Below, one piece after another: positions 49,071 to 62,062 of a stretch of DNA of 64,000 nt (positions are counted from its first letter, which is position 1; each line of letters begins with the position of its first letter). The notes under the pieces were generated by a model. The model saw nothing but the letters and a program-made list of their open reading frames with translations, had not been told where the DNA came from and searched no databases. A program made the position numbers and the translations under genes. The stretch covers positions 104,244 through 168,243 of the forward strand of contig NIVC01002498.1 of the NCBI GenBank assembly GCA_002269645.1. Reading direction: 5' to 3'. The DNA is from Macrostomum lignano. Taxonomy: Eukaryota.

Positions 49071-49367
49071 AAATGATTGAAGAAAAATAGTATGAATTGA
49101 AATCTATAACTAATTTTACTTTTATCAGGGTATTAAAAGAGATGAGTGAGGCTGCGAGAGTTACTTATTTTTCTATAGGCAAATAATTTGTTATCAAATT
49201 TACTTGATAAGTTTATCTATATATTTAATTGGTTTACAAAACACGTTTGCGGCAACGAATGCAGCCGAAGCGGCCGTTCCTCCATCAAAGACAGTAACAT
49301 AGCATTCAACAGTAGCTTGAAGCAATTAAAGCAAATCGGCTTTGCTGAGCTCAAGTCTGCAGAAATC

Positions 49368-52300
49368 TCAGGTCTTCCGCCTGGTGATGTGGTCGTAGAT
49401 CACAATCTGCGTGTACTTCGGCGACTCAATGATAGTTCGAGTAGAATTGTCGCCTGGGTTGCTGGCCTGAATTTCAATTGGTTGCGTTTTAATTTAAACA
49501 CTAATCATACTACTGACTACTTAGTGATTGAAAAAAAACTCACGTTCGGATCTACGTTGAGAATTTTTCTGTCTCGCTTGTTTTTAAACAGCAGGCCCGA
49601 GGCGTTGTCCGCAATCACCGAGTAGTTTTGCGTCGGCGTTGAGGACACGTTGTGGGTCTCCCAGTTGTAGAAGCTGCGGGGTTATCCAGTTGTGGCACTT
49701 TGTAAACTTACGAGTGTTTGTGTAAGAAGTAGAGAGCCAGAATGCTATTTAGACGGTGAGGGAGGAGGGGCAGGAAGTGAAGGAGGGCCAGGGAGTGAGG
49801 AGGGGCAGGGAGTCAAGTGTGGCAGGGAGTGAGGAGGGACAGGAAGTGAAGTGGGGCAGGGAGTGAGGTCAAGCAGGGAATGAGGTGGGGCAGAGAGTGA
49901 GGAGGGGCAGGGAGTCAAGTGGGGCAGGGAGTGGGGGCAGGGAGTGCGGAGGGGCAGGGAGTGAGGAGGGGCAGGCAGTGAGGAGGGGCAGGGAGTGAGG
50001 ACGGGCAGGGAGTGGGGGCAGTGAGTGAGGTCGGGCAGGGAGTGCGGAGGGGCAGGGAGTGAGGAGGGGCAGGGAGTGAGGAGGGGCAGGGAGTGAGGAC
50101 GGGCAGGGAGTGGGGCAGTGAGTGAGGTCGGGCAGGGAGTGGGGGCAGGGAGTGCGGAGGGGCAGGGAGTGAGGAGGGGCAGGGAGTGAGGAGGGGCAGG
50201 GAGTGAGGACGGGCAGGGAGTGGGGGCAGTGAGTGAGGTCGGGCAGGGAGTGGGGGCAGGGAGTGCGGAGGGGCAGGGAGTGAGGAGGGGCAGGGAGTGA
50301 GGACGGGGCAGGGAGTGAGGAGGGCAAGGGAGTGAGGAGGGGCAGAAAGTGAAGAGGGGCAGGAAGTGAGGAGTGGCAGGGCAGAGCCAAACGTTCTGCC
50401 GCCTCATCACCTCAGATCTGACGGCCTTGGCAGGAGCCGCCGGCGCTCATTAAAGTAGGGCTCGAAGTCCTCCATTTTGAGCCGGTGAGCATAATCGATA
50501 TAACCGGAGATCTCCTGGCCCTTGTTGTTCTTGTCTCGTAGAAAAATAATTGTCTGTTAAAGACGGAGGGTTGGCAATCGTAAATTCATGTGCAATATGA
50601 AATTACGCAAGCCATCGCTGCACCGGTACTTACCGTCATCTTTCCGCTCCTGTTGGCCTCCTCGCGATTGGCCAGAGCCTTGAGGAAGGGGTCCTTGAAC
50701 TCCTTGCCCGAGCTGGACAGAGCCCTGGAAGAGATGGCAAAAAATAAATAAGTGGCTGTGGTCACGTGATGTAGCAAGTAGAAATTTTTCTCGCCAGAAA
50801 GAAACGAACTAGTTGTACGAGCAGTTTACGAAAAACTGAGAAGTACATTTTCATGTATCCAAGGAATAGCGGGTAACTACGTCGGTACAATTTGAGGAAA
50901 TTGAAACAAAATTGCTACAGAAAAGTAACAGAAAGATTTAACAAGCCATTAATTCTATTTCTACAGGTCTGCTACGAAATGGCTTTATAAATGTTGAATA
51001 AACATTGTGGCTTATCGATTTCTAATTTATGGTTTGGGATGCCGCTACAGCCGCTATTTAATATTACCTGTACATATACAGTTTAGGAAAAACAAAAACT
51101 TTAAGAATTCAAACAAATTTTTGAACAAATAATTTTTTCGACTTCTTCTTTCGCAATCAATGCAACAAATGATTATATAAGAACAGTAAGTGTATTTGTT
51201 GTCAGCTACAGTTGAAGGAATATATGATACGCAAATTAGAAGGCAAAAATGCTGAAAAGAATTTCAGCTGCTTTACTACTGTCAGTAGTGTGCACTTACA
51301 CATGCTCCTCTCTTGAAAGTGAAGGAAAAAGTTATTCGCATTAATTTGGTTTTTAATTATCTCCGTCATAAGGTGGAAAACTTCGCATTGTTCTAACTGG
51401 GTAGCTTCCCGTGTCTAGCGACTGAATAGATTTCTGATCTAGCCCACATGCATGAAGGATTAGAATGGATTACTGATCTAGCCAATGTCGATGAAGGAAT
51501 AGAATGGATTGCTAATCTAGCAAATATGGATGAAGGAATAGAATTGATTGCTAATCTAGCAAATATGGATGAAGGAATAGAATGGATTGCTAATCTAGCC
51601 AACATGGATGAAGGAATAGAATGGATTGCTAATCTAGCCTACATGGATGAATGAATAGAATGGATTGCTAATCTAGCCAACATGGATGAATGAATAGAAT
51701 GGATTGCTAATCTAGCCAGTGTCGATGAAGGAATAGAATGGATTGCTAATCTAGCCAGTGTCGATGAAGGAATAGAATGGATTGCTTATCTAGCCAACAT
51801 GGATGAAGGAATAGAATGGATTGCTAATCTAGCCAACATGGATGAAGGAATAGAATGGATTGCTAATCTAGCCAACATGGATGAAGGAATAGAATGGATT
51901 GCTAATCTAGCCAACATGGATGCAGGAATAGAATGGATTGCTAATCTAGCCAACATGGATGAAGGAATAGAATGGATTGCTAATCTAGCCAACATGGATG
52001 CAGGAATAGAATGGATTGCTAATCTAGCCGACATGGATGCAGGAATAGAATGGATTGCTAATCTAGCCAACATGGATGAAGGAATAGAATGGATTGCTAA
52101 TCGAGCCAACATGGATGAAGGAATAGAATGGATTGCTAATCTAGCCGACATGGATGAAGGAATATAATGGATTGCTAATCTAGCCGACATGGATGAAGGA
52201 ATAGAATGGATTGCTAATCTAGCCGACATGGATGCAGGAATAGAATGGATTGCTAATCTAGCCAACATGGATGAAGGAATAGAATGGATTGCTAATCTAG

Positions 52301-53504
52301 CCAACATGGATGAAGGAATAGAAAGGATTGCTAATCTAGCCGACATGGATGAAGGAATAGAATGGATTGCTAATCTAGCCGACATGGATGAAGGAATAGA
52401 ATGGATTGCTAATCTAGCCGACATGGATGCAGGAATAGAATGGATTGCTAATCTAGCCAACATGGATGAAGGAATAGAATGGATTGCTAATCTAGCCAAC
52501 ATGGATGAAGGAATAGAATGGATTGCTAATCTAGCCGACATGGATGAAGGAATAGAATGGATTGCTAATCTAGCCGACATGGATGAAGGAATAGAATGGA
52601 TTGCTAATCTAGCCGACATGGATGCAGGAATAGAATGGATTGCTAATCTAGCCGACATGGATGCAGGAATAGAATGGATTGCTAATCTAGCCAACATGGA
52701 TGAAGGAATAGAATGGATTGCTAATCTAGCCGACATGGATGAAGGAATAGAATGGATTGCTAATCTAGCCGACATGGATGAAGGAATAAAATGGATTGCT
52801 AATCTAGCCGACATGGATGAAGGAATAGAATGGATTGCTAATCTGGCCGACATGGATGCAGGAATAGAATGGATTGCTAATCTAGCCGATATGGATGAAG
52901 GAATATACTGAACTGCCAGATTGGCGAAATTTGATGGGGTAATGCCTAATGTGTCCGAAGCAATGGTAATGCTATTGTACAAATTATTCCATATTCCAAA
53001 GCAATTAGAAACCCACATACTTTAAACTGATTTCGAAATTCGCAAATAGAAAAATCTCTGCTTAATAAAGAAGAAATGACGGGGCGAAAGTGCTTCACAA
53101 AAATGGCGCCCAAAGACCACTCTAGTACACTACTTTAATACAACGGTGTCCTTGAGGGCACACATGGACTCACTTCTGCTGCGTCTGCTTCGATAGCTTG
53201 GCAGCCTCGGCGGCCTCCTTCCTAGCCGCGAATTCCTCCCGCTTGAGGACCTCGCCGCTGCCGCGGTAGCCGAGTTCCACAAGTTGGCGAGCCAGCTCCT
53301 CATCCTTCGGTTTGAGTAGATATGATTTGCCGTTTGAACTTCTTGAACTTTGCCGAAGATTGAAAGTTTTAAATAAAAGACTGCTATTTAACTAACCTCA
53401 AGGTAGTGCAGGTCCAAAGGAGTGACCTGGCTGTCTAGAAAGTCCTCATAGGTGTTGAACTCTGTCACAATGCTGTCCGCACCACCAACTGCTTCGTCTT
53501 CCAT
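49368..53504 (-). CDS. CFAP299: Cilia- and flagella-associated protein 299 (C4orf22 homologue); 6 exons
   Basis: Exons 53504-53397, 53304-53174, 50724-50634, 50553-50411, 49673-49544, 49466-49368. Translation: [128 protein letters not shown]. Confidence 0.95.
49760..50380. repeat. Intronic G-rich minisatellite (CFAP299 intron 4)
   Basis: Unit ~gggagtgaggaggggca. Confidence 0.9.
51435..52905. repeat. 39-bp minisatellite (~37 copies) in CFAP299 intron 2
   Basis: Unit atggatgaaggaatagaatggattgctaatctagccaac. Confidence 0.95.
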
Positions 53505-54984
53505 TGCTTACTGAAAAGATCACGTTTTTCTGTTTTGATTTTTTTAAATTCAGCAAGAAACATTGAAATCTCATTTTGGCTGCATGGCTTATTGAAAAAA
53601 GTATCCATTGTGTGAATTTTTTAAGAAAAAACTTTCTATTGTCTTTTTATGTGCTGTATGGCATTAAATTTGCTTTCTTCCAAACTAAAAGTCAACCAGA
53701 TAAAGTCAGAGTTTGATGCTTTTTAAGATTAATGAGAAAAACTATAATAGTAGCTGAATTGCTTCTTTTTTATGAATTATTTTTAAGAGCTATTATCTAT
53801 AAATTAAAGTAAGAACTATCTTACAAATTTTACTAAAGTGCAACATGCTTATATATTATGTTATAATATAACCTTATGTGATTAAATATTCGCTATGTAT
53901 TTTCATTGATATCCTCCATATTGCGAGAGAGTACTAATTCTGCCTATTCAGGATAAAATGTATATCTCGTTTTCTTATTTCGAAAAATTCGTTGTCTTTT
54001 TACAAATAACTCGTAATCTCACAGTGTGAGTGAAAACTTGAAAGGCTGCGATAAAATTGATTGAAGTAGTAAAAAATAAGACCGTGCCTAATAATAATAT
54101 AGCTAACACATTTCTCGAGGTTGGTAATCGACGAAATTATTAAGTACGCTTGTAAAAACATTTTAGGTTTAAAAACATTTATTTTCCTAACAATTAAAAA
54201 CGAACATATTGCAAAAATACGCATGTCATTGCTTTTTAAATAGTGAGGCGTACTTGGAAACGAATTTGCTACTTAGTATAATAAAGTTTTATGTAGCTTT
54301 TATTATTAGACCTAAACTCTGAGAGTAATACATAGTTTAGAAGTAATATTAACCCATGAAAACGTGTTTTTTAGTTTTTCTTTTTTACGAAACTTAGATA
54401 CAGATCCACGTTGGCCTTTAAAGCTAAATTTTTTTCGAAATAGTCACTTTTCTGTTCTGAAACCATAAAATAATAAGGGTTTGAGCAGTTCAATAATGAC
54501 AACTAACATTATGATGATTGATATTTTGTACACAAATAATGAAATACATTATTGCATTCTTTTAAATGCAAATCACAAAGCAACTTGAAGTTTGCGTATA
54601 AAAAAGGGTCTATAAAATTGCAAAATTAAAAACTATTATCTCTATTTTTATTGTTTATGTAAATCAAGGGTAAAATAGCTGATAAATCATAAGCTTAACT
54701 GGCATAATTTTATTTGTATTTTAAGTATTAAATACTTTTAATACCTCTATAAAGCATTTCTGCCAATAAGTTTGTTTTAGTTTGCACTTGGAATTACGTT
54801 TAAACGTCATCTGCTGACGATTGTTCAAGGAATATTCAAAAGCCTTCCAGCGACTTATACTAATGATACTAAGTATATAAACGTATATAGGTTGGGTGAG
54901 TTTAGAAAGAATATGAGAGAATAATACTGATAATACAGAAAGAGTATAGCATACGTGCTCGTACGTGCATGTGCAAGAATAAAC

Positions 54985-55726
54985 ATGAGTAGCGTGTGGA
55001 ACTGGGTTGGATCAAGAATTTCAACATCCTTTAGCTACTTTCTTGAGTTATTCGGATTAAAAAATAAAAACGGTACGTTTCTAGTCATCGGCCTGGATAA
55101 TGCCGGAAAAACGACTCTTTTGCGAAGGCTGAAAGAAGGCACTATGGGCACGCCGGTACCGACCTGGTATTCGTCGAAGTATGAATTCTCCTTTGGTGGC
55201 ATCTACTTCACAGCTTTTGATGTCGGGGGACATGAACAAGTGAGAAAGGTTTGGCGAACCTATTTTCCAGCAGTGGATGCGATCATTTTTATTGTTGACG
55301 CCTCTGACCATCAAAGGTGCGTACATGTTTACATGGACAACCGTGTGTACAACGGTTAAAGCTAATTAAATCGCGAATGTAAAGTAATAATTTTCTTTTG
55401 AAAAACCCCCGAATCGCACCAATTCCAAAAGGTTCTCCGAGGCGCGCGCCGAGCTCGACTCGCTATTGTCCGACATCTCGATCCCAGCTGACGCGCCGCT
55501 GCTGCTGCTGGGCAATAAGATCGACCGGCCGACAGCAGCGTCAGAGGAGGATCTGCGTCGCTGGCTTGGCGTGCAGCACCGGACAACTGGGAAGCAGCTG
55601 GCTCAGGCTGGCGCCGCTGCGGGCATCGAGTTCCAGTCTAGGCCAATGGAACTGTTCATGTGCTCCGTTCTGCAGCAACAGGGCTACGGGGAAGCGTTTC
55701 GATGGCTGACCAGTCACATGCGCTAA
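54985..55726 (+). CDS. SAR1: SAR1-family small GTPase (COPII), divergent; 2 exons
   Basis: Exon 1 54985-55316 (ag|gtgcgt); exon 2 55432-55726. Motifs: GLDNAGKTT, FDVGGHEQVRKVW, YFPAVDAIIFIVD, EARAELDSLL, LLLLGNKID, RPMELFMCSVL..GYGEAFRWL. Head-to-head with CFAP299. Confidence 0.92.
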
Positions 55727-56089
55727 TCCAGAGACGAAGGCGACTAATCCATAGTGACCTACATGTAATATGCTCCATGCGTATGCACGTTTTATTTGAG
55801 ATCCTTTAGTTGCTAACGTAGCTGTTGTATTGCCCCAAAATGCACATACATGTAATTTGTAATTTGCTAGCTTGTAAACGAGAGGCGTCTATAAATTATT
55901 AATGGTACTTCAGTAGCAATCAGTAGCATTTAGACTCAATTGTAATTTAGAATCTGCAAATTTTGTAGTACACCTAAGCAAGAACCTAAGAAAAACAAAT
56001 TACAGGCCTAAAATTTGCATTGCGGGCGTTTGGATGATGTAGAACGTAGAAATGACACAATCGGATATATCGTCTAAAAATTGCTATCT

Positions 56090-57140
56090 GGGGGGATGCT
56101 TGCTATCTGGGGGGATGCTTGCTATGTGGGGGGATGCTTGCTATCTGGGGGGATGCTTGCTATCTGGGAGGATGCTTGCTATCTGGGAGGATGCTTGCTA
56201 TCTGGGGGATGCTTGCTATCTGGGAGGATGCTTGCTATCTGGGAGGATGCTTGCTATCTGGGAGGATGCTTGCTATCTGGGAGGATGCTTACTATCTGGG
56301 AGGATGCTTACTATCTGGGTGGATGCTTGCTATCTGGGAGGATGCTTGCTATCTGGGGGGATGCTTGCTATCTGGGGGGATGCTTGCTATCTGGGAGGAT
56401 GCTTGCTATCTGGGTGGATGCTTACTATCTGGGGGGATGCTTGCTATCTGGGAGGATGCTTGCTATCTGGGTGGATGCTTGCTATCTGAGAGGATGCTTG
56501 CTATCTGGGGGATGCTTGCTATCTGGGGGATGCTTGCTATCTGGGGGGATGCTTGCTATCTGGGGGATGCTTGCTATCTGGGGGGATGCTTGCTATCTGG
56601 GGGGATGCTTACTATCTGGGAGGATGCTTGCTATCTGGGGGATGCTTACTTTCTGGGGGATGCTTGCTATCTGGGAGGATGCTTGCTATCTGGGGGGATG
56701 CTTACTATCTGGGAGGATGCTTGCTATCTGGGGGATGCTTGCTATCTGGGGGGATGCTTACTTTCTGGGGGATGCTTGCTATCTGGGAGGATGCTTGCTA
56801 TCTGGCGGGATGCTTGCCATCTGGGGGGATGCTTACTATCTGGGAGGATGCTTGCTATCTGGGTGGATGCTTACTATCTGGGGGGATGCTTGCTATCTGG
56901 GAGGATGCTTGCTATCTGGGGGGATGCTTGCTATCTGGGGGGATGCTTGCTATCTGGGAGGATGCTTGCTATCTGGGTGGATGCTTACTATCTGGGGGGA
57001 TGCTTGCTATCTGGGAGGATGCTTGCTATCTGGGTGGATGCTTGCTATCTGAGAGGATGCTTGCTATCTGGGGGATGCTTGCTATCTGGGGGGATGCTTG
57101 CTATCTGGGGGGATGCTTGCTATCTGGGTGGATGCTTGCT
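56090..57140. repeat. ~19-20-bp minisatellite
   Basis: Unit gcttgctatctggggggat with a variable G-run. Confidence 0.95.
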
Positions 57141-58275
57141 CTCTTGGGGATGTTTTCTATTTAGGGGGAATGTCTGTTATCTTCGTGAAACATTATGTTA
57201 TTGTCTTTCTGTTGTTTAGAAAAAAAGAAAGAGCAGGGACTACTCAAACATGTTTGAGTAGTCCCTGAGAAAGAGATTCATAGTAAACATCTGTGTCCGT
57301 GACAATTGTACTCGAACAAGGTGATTTATAAAACTGAAGAAGGAATTGGTTCTTAAGAAAATGAGCTTTTTTAATTGTTTTCCATAAATAAGTTTTGCTC
57401 CTTGCTTATTGGGCGCCCCGAAGGGGGGCTCTAGATTGCTAGTCAAGTACAAAAAACTAATGACACGAAAACTCCCCTCAAAAATATGATCTATTCTACG
57501 AGCTAGATATGTACCACACTAAAATCTGACCAAACGTTAATCAATAAAACACCACAATATTTTATCCATCCCAACAATTCGAAAATAATTGGCTCAAATC
57601 AGATCTACTACTTAAAAGGCTAAAAAACTACACATAATTGAGCTTGAAAGAAAATACACCTACATCCTTTAAGCAACTAATTTTAAATAAACAATTCGAA
57701 AACATTTCTAAGCTCTCCGTTTGATTCAGTATATTGACAGCGCTGCCTCGATGAAGTCAGAAAGTTCTGAGAGTAGCGCGCGGGCTTTTGCGGCATGCGT
57801 TGTCAGGTAAATTGCGTCATACAAGTGATACATGCGGCTTGCAAAATAAGCATTGGATATAAGCTGTGACTCAAAGGTAATCGAGCGGCTCGAGAAAGAA
57901 GTGCGCGAGGACGAGCAGAATGTGCAAAATCTGCTAATAATCTCTTAGTAGCGAAATCTCTAGAGACGGCGAACCAGACGGCTCGAAATCTCCATAGGCA
58001 GAGGGTGCTGCTGTATTGTTTAATCAAAACTTCAGACTCGATTTTTAGCATCAATAATAAACATAATGATTAATAAAAAACCGTTTTCAATAGCATTGTG
58101 CGTAACCTTTTCACTAACCTCAGAAACGCATTATGCAACTGCTGATAAGGGTGCTGATAAGGGTAACAAAAGTGACTACTTTTCACACCTCTTACATGCT
58201 ACTTGTCAGATGCTTTGAATCTGATAAACTTGCATCAAAGGAAACCATACCCCACTCACAGTTGCGGTTGACCTG

Positions 58276-59188
58276 GGGCCCGTGCTATAGAATACTCTTA
58301 ACTCCTAAATCCTTAAGAGTGTCCTAACTCCTAGCTCCTAGCTGGCTTTTCTGTGCTATAGAATCAAGAGTAAATTTAAGAGCTAGGAGGCTCCTTAAGG
58401 ACGTTAGGAGACTCCTGGGTGAATTTAGGAGACCTCTTTAGGGTTTGTCGCGTGCTATAGAATAAGGAGCGGAGCGTAGGAGCTAGGAGCTAGGAATTGC
58501 CGTTTAGGAGTGAGTTTTAGGAGTGCGTGTCCTATAGAAGGAGCGAAACTCATTTCTAGCTCCTAACTCCTAGTTAAGACTTCAAGGGCCAAATTTCACT
58601 CTTAGGTTATAGTAGGATCGTGTGATTCGTTTCTTTTTTCATGTTTTCGGACAGTGAGCTAGGCTCCGACGATGAGGGAGCTAATGATCGGCGACCCAGA
58701 CAATTTAAGCAGAGGATTAACTTTTTTGAAGAATATAATACTGTGTCACGATTTCGGCTCAATGAGAATCAACTCTTGGCGACATTCAAGGATGACCTCT
58801 CTCCACATTTCAATCTTGAGTGCTTTTGTTATTGTTGGCGAAAAGGCACCGAAAAGGTACACGTCCTTTCGAGCCGCAATCGCTTTAAGAAACGCAACTT
58901 TTTGGTTTGCTTGCATTGTTTGAATTCACGAATTGCTCCTATAATTACTCCTTAAGGTGCGTACATTTAGGAGTTTAATTAGCACGTAGATTGGCAGACT
59001 CCTTAGCCAATCGCCTTACACTCCTTAGAACTCCTCCTCACTCCTATGCTGCACTCCTTAAAACAACTCCTAGCTCCTAACTCTTGATTCTTGAACTCTA
59101 TAGCCCACAAAATCGATTCGCTCCTTGCTAGGAGCACTCCTGACTCCTAACTCCTTACTCTTTGCTCTTAAATCTATAGCATGGGCCC
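58276..59188 (+). mobile_element. PIF/Harbinger deletion derivative (913 bp) with a 3-bp CTG TSD
   Basis: TIR gggcccgtgctataga / tctatagcatgggccc; CTG on both sides; many taggag/ctccta subterminal motifs. Internal ORF 58641 (RRPRQFKQRINFFEEYN..SRFRL) resembles a Harbinger transposase N-terminus. Confidence 0.75.
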
Positions 59189-59640
59189 CTGGTCGTCAAA
59201 ACTGCATATGAGCGTGTTTATGCTCCAATTAGTCGTGTCGTGTAAAACGAAGGGAAGTGACAGGCTATTTTTATATGCTATGCAATACAGTCGAGTATAT
59301 TTGCAGTTGCTTTAAAAAAACAAATTAACGCACGCACAGCAGAGATTTTGAGTGACTAAAACAAAAAATCATAATATTGCTTTTAGTTTAGTAACAAGAC
59401 CAAATACAGGCAGCGTAAAGAACCGAGTCCTTAAAGGGTGATGAGAACTGACCACGACCAGTTAAGATTCCGGGAGAAGATTCTGAGGGAGGGAGCGGAG
59501 GGGAAGATCAGATCGCACATTGATAAGAGATTCTCAAGTTTACATGTTCCATGAATGTTTGTTATTGTGTTCACAAGAAGTAATCAAGTCAAGCATTTAC
59601 TTGAAGCAATTAGTACTTCAGTTAGATATAGAAACTCGCA

Positions 59641-59962
59641 CAATGTCTTCAACAGTGATCGCCTTTGGCTGACTTCCAAATCGACTCAGTAGTTTAGCGG
59701 AAGCCGCCAGCGTTGCCAGAGTTGGTCTCGGCGGAGGCTGAGGATGGGGCTGAGACTCATGGTGCACCCCTGCGCACTCTCTGGCATTACTAGCCGGTTT
59801 TTCCGAGATGAAGCTGACTTCGGTTACGCGGCTATCATTGTGATCAAAGTTCTGCTGGTTGCTCTCATAGTCCACGTCGTCATCGATGGCGGCGCTCTCC
59901 AAGTCTGTGTTCGGCTTGGCCATGCTTGGTTGTGGCTTGGTGCTGGTGGACTTGGTTGTTCT
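59641..59962 (-). CDS. Probable low-complexity 3' exon of the TTLL10-like gene (or of an unidentified gene)
   Basis: GC-rich open frame bounded by gaaccag| and att|gtgcga; could splice to cag|AATCTTCTCCCGGAATCTTAA near 59480. Confidence 0.4.
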
Positions 59963-61374
59963 GGTTCAAATTCCGATAAAATGCTGGATAAATTACCCCG
60001 CTCGATATCAGACTAGCCTATAGAGGATTCTTTCCTTCAAGGCCAATCGATATTAACAGGGGTGGGTGAACTGAAACGTGTACATTCTTGCAATGTACAT
60101 CAAACGCACTAACCTTGGCCGTGAAAAGCGGCCTGTCCAACCGCCAAATTAGTTCAGTAGCTTGCTTAACCCGACTGACACGACGCCACCCCCTACCCCA
60201 CCGAGAATGTACATGCAGAACTTTGTGTACATAGTCTGCGGTAAGGATTAATTTCCCTCAGAGCTATAAATAGAATCATTCACTTCAGTTGAACAACCCT
60301 TGACCTTGGCCTTGAGCCTTTGAGTAAAGACCATTTGCAAGCCATTTAACTTTCTTTAGAAGTGCAATAGCCCCAGTAATATTACATTAGATTCAGCAAC
60401 ATTGAAAACCGCCGCCCTAGACCCAGTGCACCTGAGTGAGAGTTGAAAACCTTCTGCCATATGCAGTTTAGTGAGCTGAAGTCGATCGCTCTGCCAATGC
60501 TCTAGGGTGTTGGTTTTCAATGTTGCTGAGTACGCTCGCATGTATGCCAAAATCTTTTAAAAGCTTTGAATAATAAATTTACTACTGCTTGTTTATTTTT
60601 TTGAGAAAACAAGGAACTATTCTCTTCAAAAACCATAAAGACAAGATAAAGGAAAATCGCAGAGGAGCAACAAAAAAAAACGCGCACCCAAAATGGCTTG
60701 AATTCTCTTTCAATCGCAGCATTATTACCATTTGTACTTCGAGTAAAAAAGTAAAAATGCTAATTACAAAAGCTGCAGTTTGACATGTCACGCTTGCTAC
60801 TTGTTGTAAGTAGTGCAATATGGAAGGACAATTGAAGCGCTAGCTTATTACAGATACACAGAAAAATTTTACGGGGCACAATACTAAACAGACTACTAAA
60901 AGTATCAGTATATTCTGCGTGCATAATTTGATTTTTAAAGCAGATTTTAATCCAATTAAAAATACCAGTCACGGGTCTCAAATTCGACTAAACTCCTTCA
61001 TTGAATTGATATAGGGATGGCGATTTTTCGAAAATAATTATTATAGCTCCTATCGAGGACCGACAATTTCCTAGGGGATCGAACCAGGCATGCCAAAGTC
61101 GAGAAGCTCACTGTCTCATAGAAGTTTTTGCATGATTAAAAATGCTAATTTCTGCTCCAGCAGAAAGAATTAAAATGAGTTGGTTGACTTTGCGGCAAAA
61201 TAATTTTTTTCTCAAGCCGATATCATTTCTTCTTGCAGAAAATTTTTCAGAGAGAAAAAGCTTGAATTTGCTTTCAACACCGTGAGTATAACATCTTTTA
61301 TTGTTTCTCCTGTCGGCTGCTCTTGCCCTGCCTCCCTCGCTACTGTCCATGGCTGAATCGGTGGACCTACTCTG

Positions 61375-61998
61375 GCCTCATTTGCCCAGCGTATAGATTG
61401 CAGTTGTCTATGGCCCAATCGATGGTGACCTCCTCTAGCCTCATTTGCCCAGCGTATAGATTGCAGTTGTCTATGGCCCAATCGATGGTGACCTCCTCTA
61501 GCCTCATTTGCCCAGCGTATAGATTGCAGTTGTCTATGGCCCAATCGATGGTGACCTCCTCTAGCCTCATTTGCCCAGCGTATACATTGCAGTTGTCTAT
61601 GGCCTAATCGATGGTGACCTCCTCTAGCCTCATTTGCCCAGCGTATAGATTGCAGTTGTCTATGGCCCAATCGATGGTGACCTCCTCTAGCCTCATTTGC
61701 CCAGCGTATAGATTGCAGTTGTCTATGGCCCAATCGATGGTGACCTCCTCTAGCCTCATTTGCCCAGCGTATACATTGCAGTTGTCTATGGCCTAATCGA
61801 TGGTGACCTCCTCTAGCCTCATTTGCCCAGCGTATAGATTGCAGTTGTCTATGGCCCAATCGATGGTGACCTCCTCTAGCCTCATTTGCCCAGCGTATAG
61901 ATTGCAGTTGTCTATGGCCCAATCGATGGTGACCTCCTCTAGCCTCATTTGCCCAGCGTATACATTGCAGTTGTCTATGGCTCAATCGATGGTGACCT
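61375..61998. repeat. 63-bp tandem repeat (~10 copies)
   Basis: Unit gcctcatttgcccagcgtatagattgcagttgtctatggcccaatcgatggtgacctcctcta. Confidence 0.95.
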
Positions 61999-62062
61999 TC
62001 CCCGTCCTTGGCTTTGCCCCGGCTTGACAGTTCAAGAATGATCTAGCACAGAAAGTGAATAA

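Noticed and set aside
51786-53018. ([13 protein letters not shown])n helical-repeat protein, or its antisense 410-aa ORF
   Set aside because: Intronic. Variants are non-synonymous or create stops, and sister arrays have 37-38-bp frame-breaking units.
56052-57219. Cys/Gly/Trp-rich repeat proteins
   Set aside because: A variable G-run length shifts frames constantly; non-coding minisatellite.
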